In this document: in pieces, positions 19,480 to 26,700 of the stretch
Numbering within the stretch: the first letter of the stretch is position 1
Layout of the letters: each line of letters starts with the position of its first letter
Virus record (IMG/VR): IMGVR_UViG_3300033076_001014
Coordinates: 1 to 38,359 of that record
Source of the DNA: a virus
Lineage: Duplodnaviria; Caudoviricetes
Direction: 5' to 3' (one strand)
DNA: 38,359 bases
The notes under the pieces: model-generated
What the model was told of the DNA's origin: nothing
Seen by the model: the letters and a program-made list of their open reading frames with translations, nothing else
Databases searched by the model: none
Made by a program: the position numbers and the translations under genes

Positions 19480-20136
19480 TTATTTGATGTAGTTGTCATG
19501 CTCTTCTGCAAATTGCTTAACCGCATTTTCAATCCAGGCGTTTGCCTTGGCGCACTTGTCTAGCATTTGCTTTTCCAATTCCATATCGCGCTCATACCGG
19601 CAAATTGTTATGCGGTGGTGCTGCGGTATCTCTGGGTCAATGATGTGAATAGACCTGTCGTCATAGTCGCGCAGCAGGTTTTCAGGCGTGTCTATGGCGC
19701 AATAGGCTATCTCCCACACAGGCACATCGAATAGGCACATATATCCCCTTGCTTGCCACTCATAGCCCTTCTTGTCGCACATTTCGGCGCTGAGCGGGAA
19801 CGTCAGCAGCGAGTAAGCCACCTTAATGTCTACGCCCTTCTGTGAGCCTACAGCGGCGATTAAATCAGGTTCCCCTGTGATAATGCCATTGCTGCGGCGG
19901 CCTTCTGGCGGCACCTTCTCAAGCGAGTACATGAACACGTCGTTATAAAGCTCAATCCCGGCGTCCTCGCATGCCCGGCCCTTCTGGATTGCGCGCATGT
20001 CGTCAAGGTTTTTCCGAACTCCAAACAATTGCTCTCGCACCATTTCCATCATGGCGCCCTTTGCCGTTTCCGACCATTCGGCGCCATTCTCGCGAGGGTT
20101 TGTCATAATGCTTGCGATAGATGAACAGCGGATCAT
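19480..20136 (-). CDS. Phage exonuclease (YqaJ/lambda-exo-like PD-(D/E)XK)
   Basis: IRCSS, KGRACED, TGEPDL, DIK and YEWQARGYM motifs. Confidence 0.82.
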   Translation of the reverse strand: MIRCSSIASIMTNPRENGAEWSETAKGAMMEMVREQLFGVRKNLDDMRAIQKGRACEDAGIELYNDVFMYSLEKVPPEGRRSNGIITGEPDLIAAVGSQKGVDIKVAYSLLTFPLSAEMCDKKGYEWQARGYMCLFDVPVWEIAYCAIDTPENLLRDYDDRSIHIIDPEIPQHHRITICRYERDMELEKQMLDKCAKANAWIENAVKQFAEEHDNYIK

Positions 20137-20783
20137 TGGGAGGCCTCGTCAAAGGTTTCTTGAAATAGAATGTACTGAACGTCAGTCAATTCAACACGGC
20201 TTAAAAACTTGTCTTTATCAAGCTCGCCATCCTGTATTTTTTTAATTGAGGCATTAAATCCTTCGTCAGATATTGGGCGCTTGGCAGTTGTTTTTTGTTC
20301 TGGCTCTGGCTCAATGTATGGAATGGTTTTGTGCTGGTTTAAATCGCCTTTGTGCCAGAATTCTAGGGCACATCCAAACCGCATAGCTGCGTTACGTAAA
20401 GCATCGCCAATTCGCTCTTTGGTAGCGTCAGGGCCTTTTTTGGCGCCCGCATCACCATAGCCTAGGCGAGTTATCCCCAGTATTGTTAGCTTTATCCACA
20501 TGCCGCCATCTTGATCCATTCGCGGTAATCCGCGCTCATCAAAAGCAAGAGGCTCCCAAGACCAAAGCGGATCAACATCAAGCAGTCTGTCAGTTAAGGC
20601 CGCGTGGCCAACATAGCTAAGGTGCATTACCTTATCGCGAGCATGCCATTGCCCACATACTGGGCAAGTGTGCTTTTGTATCTTGTCCATTTCCTCTTTT
20701 TTTAGCATCGGCTTTGGCAGCCAATTAACTAGATTTTCTGGGAATGGCTCGCGCAGTTTTGCCAGTTGTTTGTTGTCGCTCAT
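20133..20783 (-). CDS. Single-strand annealing protein (Sak / Rad52-like)
   Basis: LSYVGHAALTDRLLDVDP.W, WIKLTILG.TR.GYG and KERIGDALRNAAMRFG. Confidence 0.8.
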   Translation of the reverse strand: MSDNKQLAKLREPFPENLVNWLPKPMLKKEEMDKIQKHTCPVCGQWHARDKVMHLSYVGHAALTDRLLDVDPLWSWEPLAFDERGLPRMDQDGGMWIKLTILGITRLGYGDAGAKKGPDATKERIGDALRNAAMRFGCALEFWHKGDLNQHKTIPYIEPEPEQKTTAKRPISDEGFNASIKKIQDGELDKDKFLSRVELTDVQYILFQETFDEASQ

Positions 20784-20932
20784 TTTTTAATTCCTGCCAT
20801 TTTGTGAAGGCCTGGGATGATACGAAAATGATCCCGTGCGCGGTAGTCGTAAGTTTTGCCCTTGTAGACAAGGGTTCCGTGATAAGTATTTTTTACTTTT
20901 GATATTATTAAATCCTGATGAGATTTTCTCAT
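20780..20932 (-). CDS. Hypothetical protein (50 aa, MRKSHQDL...)
   Basis: RBS GGAGG before ATG 20932, ATGA coupling to sak. Confidence 0.6.
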   Translation of the reverse strand: MRKSHQDLIISKVKNTYHGTLVYKGKTYDYRARDHFRIIPGLHKMAGIKK

Positions 20933-21024
20933 AGCGTAGCCCTCCAAGATAAAAATAGGCCGCACAAAGCAAAAGAAATGGCGCAGGAAATAAAAAGCGC
21001 CAGAAGGAATAAAAAACGTCTCAT
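20929..21024 (-). CDS. Small hydrophobic peptide (31 aa, MRRFLFLLALFISCAISFALCGLFLSWRATL)
   Basis: Manual translation. ATGA overlaps at both ends. Confidence 0.55.
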   Translation of the reverse strand: MRRFLFLLALFISCAISFALCGLFLSWRATL

Positions 21025-21344
21025 AGTCGCCCCCATTGCGCTGCAAGATTTTCCAAGTCGGTTAAATTGTCCACGCCTTCTGAGCAGCCGTCGCCAACAA
21101 CAATGAATTGGTAATACTCGGGGCGAAAATTTGGCCTGAGCACGTAGTCGTATTCCTCGCGCTCGGAATTTTCAGCCTGGTGCTTAATAAACTCTTTGCG
21201 CGTGTAGATCTCGCCAAAAGGAGCTTCAACAACTCCAAAAAGGCAAGCGCGCTCTAAAAGCTGCTCGCACTCGTTTATGTCCACAAAGCGCGTTGCTGTG
21301 CGGTCATCGTCAAGGTCGTGTTCTTTAATATCGAAAATGCACAT
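21021..21344 (-). CDS. Hypothetical protein (probable start MCIFDIKE)
   Basis: ACTGGGGA RBS at 21350-21357 places the start at 21344 rather than 21368. Confidence 0.65.
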   Translation of the reverse strand: MCIFDIKEHDLDDDRTATRFVDINECEQLLERACLFGVVEAPFGEIYTRKEFIKHQAENSEREEYDYVLRPNFRPEYYQFIVVGDGCSEGVDNLTDLENLAAQWGRL

Positions 21345-21357
21345 AACTTTCCCCAGT

Positions 21358-21639
21358 TTAATCATCAACTAAATTTAATTCTCTAATAACAATATCCATC
21401 CCTGGACGCGCTCTGTATGTCACAAAATTTCCATCGTACAATCCTTTCACGCGCCTATAAAACTGCCCCGGTTTTATTTTGTATTTGTCAGCAATTGCGG
21501 CTTCCACATACAGTCTTTGGTCTGCTGTTTCGCAATCTTCAATGCTGTACGATGATTTAAGCCACCAGTGGCATGCGTCGCATTCGTAGTGCTTTCTAGC
21601 TTGCACTAGATTGTCTTCTAAGATTGTATCCATATTCAC
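21358..21639 (-). CDS. Hypothetical protein with ARKxxxCxxC motif
   Basis: ARKHYECDAC...IKPGQFY is a common phage pattern. First gene of the leftward operon. Real start is probably a few nt downstream. Confidence 0.7.
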   Translation of the reverse strand: MNMDTILEDNLVQARKHYECDACHWWLKSSYSIEDCETADQRLYVEAAIADKYKIKPGQFYRRVKGLYDGNFVTYRARPGMDIVIRELNLVDD

Positions 21640-21659
21640 CCCAGGTTTTTGGCATGGCT

Positions 21660-21730
21660 TAAGTATGCGCGCAACGCAAAAAAAAGCAAGAGTTTTTTAT
21701 TGACTTTTTTGCGCGGCAGGCATAATCTGA
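21660..21730. promoter_or_regulatory. Divergent PL/PR-like promoter pair
   Basis: Plus strand TTGACT(21700)-17 nt-TAATCT. Minus strand TTGCTT-16 nt-CATACT. Both halves share TTG..TTTTTTGCG. Confidence 0.65.
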
Positions 21731-21734
21731 CCTT

Positions 21735-21885
21735 GTTGTGAATGCGCAGGCTGATGCGCTAACTCGCATGGCACGCCCCAGATCCGTAACTGGGGGCCGT
21801 AGCAGACAATCACGGTAACCCTCCATGGAGAACTGCATGCCGGGATCAGCTCCGGCCACAACACAGCCCCTTCGCAAGAGGGGGC
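21735..21885 (+). ncRNA. Structured RNA unit 1 with kissing loops (resembles my recollection of the Proteo-phage-1 motif)
   Basis: GTTGTG/CACAAC closing stem, GCGCA-GGCTGA-TGCGC and GCCGG-GATCAGCT-CCGGC hairpins with complementary loops. Starts at the predicted PR start site. Confidence 0.65.
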
Positions 21886-21961
21886 AACCTAAGTCACCTT
21901 GCAAAGATGCGCTCGCCCATGGGGCGCTCGTCGTGGGACGGTATGCAGGGTGACTCAGGTT
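21886..21961 (+). ncRNA. Intervening long stem RNA domain
   Basis: AACCTAAGTCACCTTGCA pairs with TGCAGGGTGACTCAGGTT. Confidence 0.5.
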
Positions 21962-22148
21962 GTGAATGCGCATTAGCGCAAAGTGTGGGCTTGGAGTGGG
22001 TGACGTTTGGCTGCTATTGGACAAGTCAGGTAAACAAGAGGTTAAGCAGTGCACCCATATAAATTGCGTGAAATTACCACTGTCCCAGTTTCTGGTGCTG
22101 ACTAACGCGCAAATATTCCTTCACAACACTGCCCCTGGCAACGGGGGC
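21959..22148 (+). ncRNA. Structured RNA unit 2 (paralogous ends to unit 1)
   Basis: Same first 14 nt GTTGTGAATGCGCA, closed by TTCACAAC (22120-22127), followed by GCCCCTG-GCAA-CGGGGGC. Confidence 0.5.
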
Positions 22149-22169
22149 TTTCAATCAACCGGAGGCACA

Positions 22170-22643
22170 ATGCAAGACTACCTAGAAAACGCATATAGGA
22201 AGGCGCAAGAAATGGAGCTTGAGAATGTTCGTTTTCATTCAGAAATGCAGCGATTTGAATTCATTAACAAAGCTATTTCTAATGCGCTTTTAATATACGC
22301 AGGTTGCCATGCAGTTTTGGCGTGTTCAGCTGTTTCAATCAACCAACCATCAACCAACCATCAACCATCAACCAACCATCAACCAACCATCAACCAACCA
22401 TCAACCAACCATCAAGCAAATTGGGGAACAATCATGCGAATGACAAGACAAGAAGCCGAACGCCGCCGAGCTGAATATGAGCGCCGTTACAATCAACTTA
22501 TTAGCTTAGCTAAATTCATGGCCGAGCAAAGCATTGAGATAATTTCCGACAGTATTAGTTCGTCAATATCAAGCTCAAGTTCTTGCAGCGACAGCTACAG
22601 CTCGTCTAGTTCGTTTGACAGTTCAAGCTGCTCAAGCGATTAA
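22170..22643 (+). CDS. Hypothetical protein(s) spanning the 11-bp repeat, with an internal start at 22434
   Basis: GGAGG before ATG 22170 and TTGGGGAA before ATG 22434 in the same frame. Ser-rich tail. Confidence 0.5.
   Translation: MQDYLENAYRKAQEMELENVRFHSEMQRFEFINKAISNALLIYAGCHAVLACSAVSINQPSTNHQPSTNHQPTINQPSTNHQANWGTIMRMTRQEAERRRAEYERRYNQLISLAKFMAEQSIEIISDSISSSISSSSSCSDSYSSSSSFDSSSCSSD
22338..22420 (+). repeat. Tandem repeat ATCAACCAACC
   Basis: Six perfect 11-mers, one 7-nt unit (22360-22366) and one degenerate final unit. Confidence 0.95.
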
Positions 22644-22855
22644 AGGTTTCCCACCTGGGGGACGGCGTAACCCGTTTAACGTGGTAGGGCGGGCCAAGCG
22701 GCCTGGGTGGCTCTAAATTATCCGTGGCACTTCGGAATAGCGCCAAGCGATCCAAATGGGCGGCTTACAAATAAAGTGCAAGTGCGGGCTTTTACGTGCC
22801 TTTTTACCCGGCCCCCAAGGGCGCGCGAACGGGGATTTTTAACTAAGGGGAAACC

Positions 22856-23065
22856 ATGCTTTTATCCGAATACCTTGAAAGCCACACGCAGACCGAAGTT
22901 GCTGACAAAACCGGTTTAAGCCCATCTGCAATTTGCCGGGCAAGACACCGTAATGTGCATGTAATTCATAACGGCAAAACGCTGGCGCTGTACGAGGTTA
23001 AGCGCATAGACATGAATGACGTTGAGTGCAACACCGTGTGCCTCATTAAGAGGGCTAGGCCATGA
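22856..23065 (+). CDS. Cro-like HTH regulator
   Basis: LSEYLESHTQTEVADKTGLSPSAICRA...LYEVK parallels lambda Cro (HTH plus C-terminal beta strands). Confidence 0.7.
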   Translation: MLLSEYLESHTQTEVADKTGLSPSAICRARHRNVHVIHNGKTLALYEVKRIDMNDVECNTVCLIKRARP

Positions 23066-23280
23066 CCGAACAAACCAAGCAAATAACCTTCGAGGGCCAA
23101 ACCTACACTGTGCCGGTTTGGGTTAATTGGGTGGCGCGTAACTATGATGGTGAAAAGAATGGGTTTGACCATAAGCCAAAAATATTTGGCGGGTTCTTTT
23201 TTCCTGTGGAAGGTTAAAGATCTATCGTTATTTTTCCTGATAAAGACGATAGCTGGCGCGACTCTCTAACTGAGGTTTAG
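23062..23280 (+). pseudogene. Small phage gene interrupted by an in-frame TAA (23215-23217)
   Basis: MTEQ...PVWVNWVARNYDG...KP...EG* continues in frame to ...SWRDSLTEV*. Confidence 0.55.
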
Positions 23281-23282
23281 TC

Positions 23283-23310
23283 TTGCGCCCTATCCAAGAT
23301 ATGCTATAGT
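23283..23310 (+). promoter_or_regulatory. Sigma70-like promoter upstream of the replication operon
   Basis: TTGCGC-16 nt-TATAGT with extended -10 TG. Confidence 0.6.
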
Positions 23311-23316
23311 AACAAC

Positions 23317-23465
23317 TGCCGAAAGGCACCCCTTGTGGTGGGGGGAAATTCCAAAATAATATGACAAACCTAGAACGTCTAGGATTGCTGGTGTTTTATT
23401 GCTTGGGTCGTCATACCCTTTGGAGGCTTTAAAACAGACCACCCAGCAATCCTAGGCGTTTTTTT
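23317..23465 (+). ncRNA. C4-antisense-like / attenuator leader RNA
   Basis: 18-bp stem 23374-23391/23443-23460 followed by a T-run. Its loop holds three segments complementary to upstream sites. Confidence 0.55.
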
Positions 23466-23478
23466 ATGGGTAAATTTT

Positions 23479-23919
23479 ATGAATACAGATCACGGTAAAG
23501 AAGTCGGATCAATTTGCAATAGAAATGGATGCCAGGGAACAATCGTGGAGGCTAGTGATGATAGAAGCTGCTATTGCCATATTTCACCGCCATGTTCGGT
23601 TTGTGTAGATGACAGACGCTATTGCACAGACTGCGACTGGAATGCGGCGGATGAGCAGCATGCCAGTTATATATCGGCCAATGAAAGCTATAAAAGCATT
23701 TTTGTTTGGAAGTCAAAACAAGAAAGATTGGCAGAAATGGATCACTCAAAAATAGAATGGATTAGTGAATCGCATTCTAATTCTAGCATGAAGAAAATTG
23801 GAAAGTGCCCTTTAGACGCTAAATCGTCAGAAGTTTTTGAAGTTGTCAAGGGTACGTTTGGAGGTAGGTTTGAGAGCTTTGCAAATGGACATTTTACATT
23901 CATCGCTTACACGGATTAG
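23479..23919 (+). CDS. Cys-rich hypothetical protein (possible Zn-binding)
   Basis: CNRNGC, CYCHISPPCSVC and CTDC motifs. Confidence 0.7.
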   Translation: MNTDHGKEVGSICNRNGCQGTIVEASDDRSCYCHISPPCSVCVDDRRYCTDCDWNAADEQHASYISANESYKSIFVWKSKQERLAEMDHSKIEWISESHSNSSMKKIGKCPLDAKSSEVFEVVKGTFGGRFESFANGHFTFIAYTD

Positions 23920-23930
23920 GGAGTTAAAAA

Positions 23931-24698
23931 ATGTCAATGATTTTGATGGTCAAGGCCATGACCTTAAAGCTAGGCAACCCTTTAAGAAAATTAGTGTTAA
24001 TCAAGCTGTGCGACCAGGCGAACGACCGTGGCGAGTGCTGGCCTAGTCATTCCTCAATTGCCGATGCCTGTGAGATAAGCAAGCGAAGTGTGATAACACA
24101 CATTGAAGCGCTTGAGCAGGCAGGAATCCTTAAGATCAAACATAGGAAAGTTGACAACGCTAAGACCTCAAACCTTTACACAATATGCCTTGATAACGTT
24201 GATCTAGGTAGTGCAACTGCTGCACCAGGTAGTGCAGGAGATTCACTAGGGGTAGTGCAGGAGATTTACCAGGGTAGTGCAGGAGATTCACTAGGGGTAG
24301 TGCAGGAGATTTACCAGGGTAGTGCAGGAGCTGCACATAAATCAGTAAATGAATCAGTCAATAAAGATATACATGGTAAAAAATCAAAATCAAAAACCGA
24401 CCTAACATTTAGCCAGTGGGCAATCCAATGTAAGGAAAACGGGGAAACCTTACTTCCAGCCGATAGCGGGGTATTTGCCTACGCTAGAACTATTGGGCTT
24501 CCAGAAGAGTACCTGCGCTTAGGCTGGGAGACCTTCAAGCGTGATCACCTGATAAGCGACAAGAAGCAAAAGGACTGGCGGTTGACGTTCCTAGTTTACG
24601 TTCGCAAGGGTTATCTCAAGCTTTGGTACATTGATCAACAAGATGTTTATCAGCTAACGCAGGCTGGCAAGCAGGCCATGATGGAGCTGGCTGCATGA
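23931..24698 (+). CDS. Replication initiator (lambda O-like, N-terminal HTH)
   Basis: RKLVLIKLCDQANDRGECWPS..IA..CEISKRSV, internal iterons, upstream of DnaB. Confidence 0.88.
   Translation: MSMILMVKAMTLKLGNPLRKLVLIKLCDQANDRGECWPSHSSIADACEISKRSVITHIEALEQAGILKIKHRKVDNAKTSNLYTICLDNVDLGSATAAPGSAGDSLGVVQEIYQGSAGDSLGVVQEIYQGSAGAAHKSVNESVNKDIHGKKSKSKTDLTFSQWAIQCKENGETLLPADSGVFAYARTIGLPEEYLRLGWETFKRDHLISDKKQKDWRLTFLVYVRKGYLKLWYIDQQDVYQLTQAGKQAMMELAA
24207..24400. repeat. Iterons and AT-rich tract (replication origin)
   Basis: Six GGTAGTGCA cores at 24207, 24228, 24251, 24273, 24296 and 24318 (21-23 bp spacing), then an A-rich stretch. Confidence 0.85.
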
Positions 24699-26026
24699 AT
24701 CACTCCATCGAAGCCGAGCAGGCAGTTATTGGCGGACTGATGTTAGATCCAGAGAAGCTGCACGATGTTTTAGACCTGATTACCTATCTTGATTTTTACG
24801 TGGCCAGAAACCGGATCATATTCCGGGCAATACACATGCTGGCGTCTGCCGGTCATCCTATTGACGCGGTGACGGTTTCTGAGAGCCTGCAGGCTGGCAA
24901 CAAGCTGGACGAAATCGGCGGCATGGGTTTTATCATCCAGTTGGCCGAAAGCGTATCGAGCACCAGCAACTTGGTTGCCTACGCTCGGATCATTGGCGAA
25001 AAGTCCCTACAGCGCAAAATCGTTGAGAGCTGCCAAAACGTCATAGACGCCACAAGTTCTGGCCAGTACACCACGCAGGAGCTAATTACCCACGCTCAGA
25101 GCCAAATGGCCATCATCGACGGAACAACCAGGGCGGATAAATTCGACACTTTCAAGGAGCTAATCAAAGGCCGATTTGAGGCGCTTGACAGGCGAGCCAA
25201 TGGGAATGTGCCAACCAACATAACTTTCACCGGATTTCAGGCCCTGGATGAGCGCTACGGTGGGATGGAGCCTGGGGAAATGATCATAATCGCCGGAAGG
25301 CCTGCAATGGGTAAAACTACCTTGGCGCTCAACATCGTTGCTGCGGCGGCCAAACAGGGTGACGTTCTGGTGTTCTCGCTCGAAATGACCAAAGAACAAC
25401 TTGTTGACAAACTGATATGCGCAGCTGCTGCGATTAGTTATGGAAAGTACAAAAAAGGCGAGCTAGGGGAACGAGACTGGCCAATGCTTGAAGCGGGCGC
25501 CCGCAAGCTGATTGGCCTAAACGTCATCATCGACGATAGGGGAGGCATGGATGTTGGCCACGCATTCAACATCGCACGGAAGATTGCCAAAAATGGCAAC
25601 CTAAAGCTGATTATGATCGACTACCTGCAGCTTATGCGCTGCAAGTCAGCGACCAGATTTGAGGAGGTTTCCGAGGTTTCGAGACAACTTAAAGCCATGG
25701 CAAAGGCCTGCGCCTGCCCGGTGCTAGTTCTTAGCCAGCTTAGCCGGAAGTGCGAGGAGCAAAAGCGGCGCCCAATATCATCCGATCTTAGAGAGTCCGG
25801 CCAGCTTGAACAAGACGCCGACATTATCAGCTTTATCTACCGGGATGAGGTTTATAACCCGGATTCAGTTGATAAAGGAATTGCGGAAATAATTACCACG
25901 AAAAACCGTGAGGGCGAAGTTGGAACCGATGGATTAGGAGCGCGCTTGCACGAGTCCAGGTTTGTCAATTTAGGCTACGCATTCACGCCAAAAGAAATTA
26001 AACACTCAAACATAGGTTATGACTAA
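24695..26026 (+). CDS. dnaB: Replicative DNA helicase DnaB
   Basis: HSIEAEQAVIG, AGRPAMGKT, FSLEM, IDYLQLM, LSQLSR and SDLRESGQLEQDAD. Confidence 0.95.
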   Translation: MNHSIEAEQAVIGGLMLDPEKLHDVLDLITYLDFYVARNRIIFRAIHMLASAGHPIDAVTVSESLQAGNKLDEIGGMGFIIQLAESVSSTSNLVAYARIIGEKSLQRKIVESCQNVIDATSSGQYTTQELITHAQSQMAIIDGTTRADKFDTFKELIKGRFEALDRRANGNVPTNITFTGFQALDERYGGMEPGEMIIIAGRPAMGKTTLALNIVAAAAKQGDVLVFSLEMTKEQLVDKLICAAAAISYGKYKKGELGERDWPMLEAGARKLIGLNVIIDDRGGMDVGHAFNIARKIAKNGNLKLIMIDYLQLMRCKSATRFEEVSEVSRQLKAMAKACACPVLVLSQLSRKCEEQKRRPISSDLRESGQLEQDADIISFIYRDEVYNPDSVDKGIAEIITTKNREGEVGTDGLGARLHESRFVNLGYAFTPKEIKHSNIGYD

Positions 26027-26163
26027 TGAACGAAAAATTATTAGAGATTATTGAAAAACAGTCTGAATTCAATCTTGTTCTTTTGAATCATCTTGATGCA
26101 GTAATGAATAGGCTTGATGAAATCGAAAAACGATTAAATGCAGAACCGATCCAATCCAGTTGA
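26026..26163 (+). CDS. Small coiled-coil protein (45 aa, MNEKLLEII...)
   Basis: Manual translation. ATG overlaps the dnaB TAA. Confidence 0.6.
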   Translation: MNEKLLEIIEKQSEFNLVLLNHLDAVMNRLDEIEKRLNAEPIQSS

Positions 26164-26173
26164 GGATAAAACA

Positions 26174-26386
26174 ATGCACTCAGACTACATAAACTACCTG
26201 GCTGATCAGGCGGCTAAGCGTGGTCTAAAGGCTAAAATAGATTGCTACGGTGAATTAGATTTTGAAGGAGTTGAATTGTTAATAAACAACAGAGATAACA
26301 AGATATTATCGCTAGAGATAGCAAGGCACATCATGGAGCTAACCGAGTTCTACCGCAAGCGGCTTGAGCCAGCAACAACTACTTGA
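26174..26386 (+). CDS. Hypothetical protein (probable start MHSDYINY)
   Basis: GAGGA RBS before the second ATG of ORF 26138..26386. Confidence 0.6.
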   Translation: MHSDYINYLADQAAKRGLKAKIDCYGELDFEGVELLINNRDNKILSLEIARHIMELTEFYRKRLEPATTT

Positions 26387-26436
26387 CACGCTAACAACCA
26401 TAGCCCACAATTAGGCAACCTGGGGAGGTTAATATC

Positions 26437-26700
26437 ATGGCGGCACCAATAAACCCTGCACACGCAGAAGCATTACCGCACTCTAAGTTCACCATAAAAC
26501 AAGCACAAGCCATCCGCGCTCGTATTGAGTTTAAGCGCGCACGACTTGAAAATCTCCGTGAAGAGCGTGACAAAATTGAAGCGGAAATAAACGAGCTGAT
26601 AAGGAAAGACACTCAACAGCAATTATGCTTTGAATTCGGTGTTTCTCCTACAACTATCCAGCGTATATCCAATTACACAACATACTTTAGGAGGAAATGA
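26437..26700 (+). CDS. Small DNA-binding protein with C-terminal HTH
   Basis: HSKFT...IR and QQLCFEFGVSPTTIQRI. RBS CCTGGGGAGG. Confidence 0.7.
   Translation: MAAPINPAHAEALPHSKFTIKQAQAIRARIEFKRARLENLREERDKIEAEINELIRKDTQQQLCFEFGVSPTTIQRISNYTTYFRRK

Noticed and set aside
21659-22169. ORF 21659..22054 (-) and the N-terminal extension of 21966..22643 (+)
   Set aside because: They overlap promoters and structured RNA units and lack an RBS. Better starts are at 22170 and 22434.
22338-22420. CRISPR-like array
   Set aside because: Head-to-tail 11-mers without spacers.
22683-22770. Possible amber-suppressor tRNA (CTCTAAA anticodon-like loop near 22711)
   Set aside because: No T-loop consensus, no acceptor stem or CCA, and the flanking stem relies on many G-U pairs.
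23215-23217. Stop-codon reassignment in this phage
   Set aside because: TAA, TAG and TGA all terminate well-defined genes and long genes are intact in the standard code.
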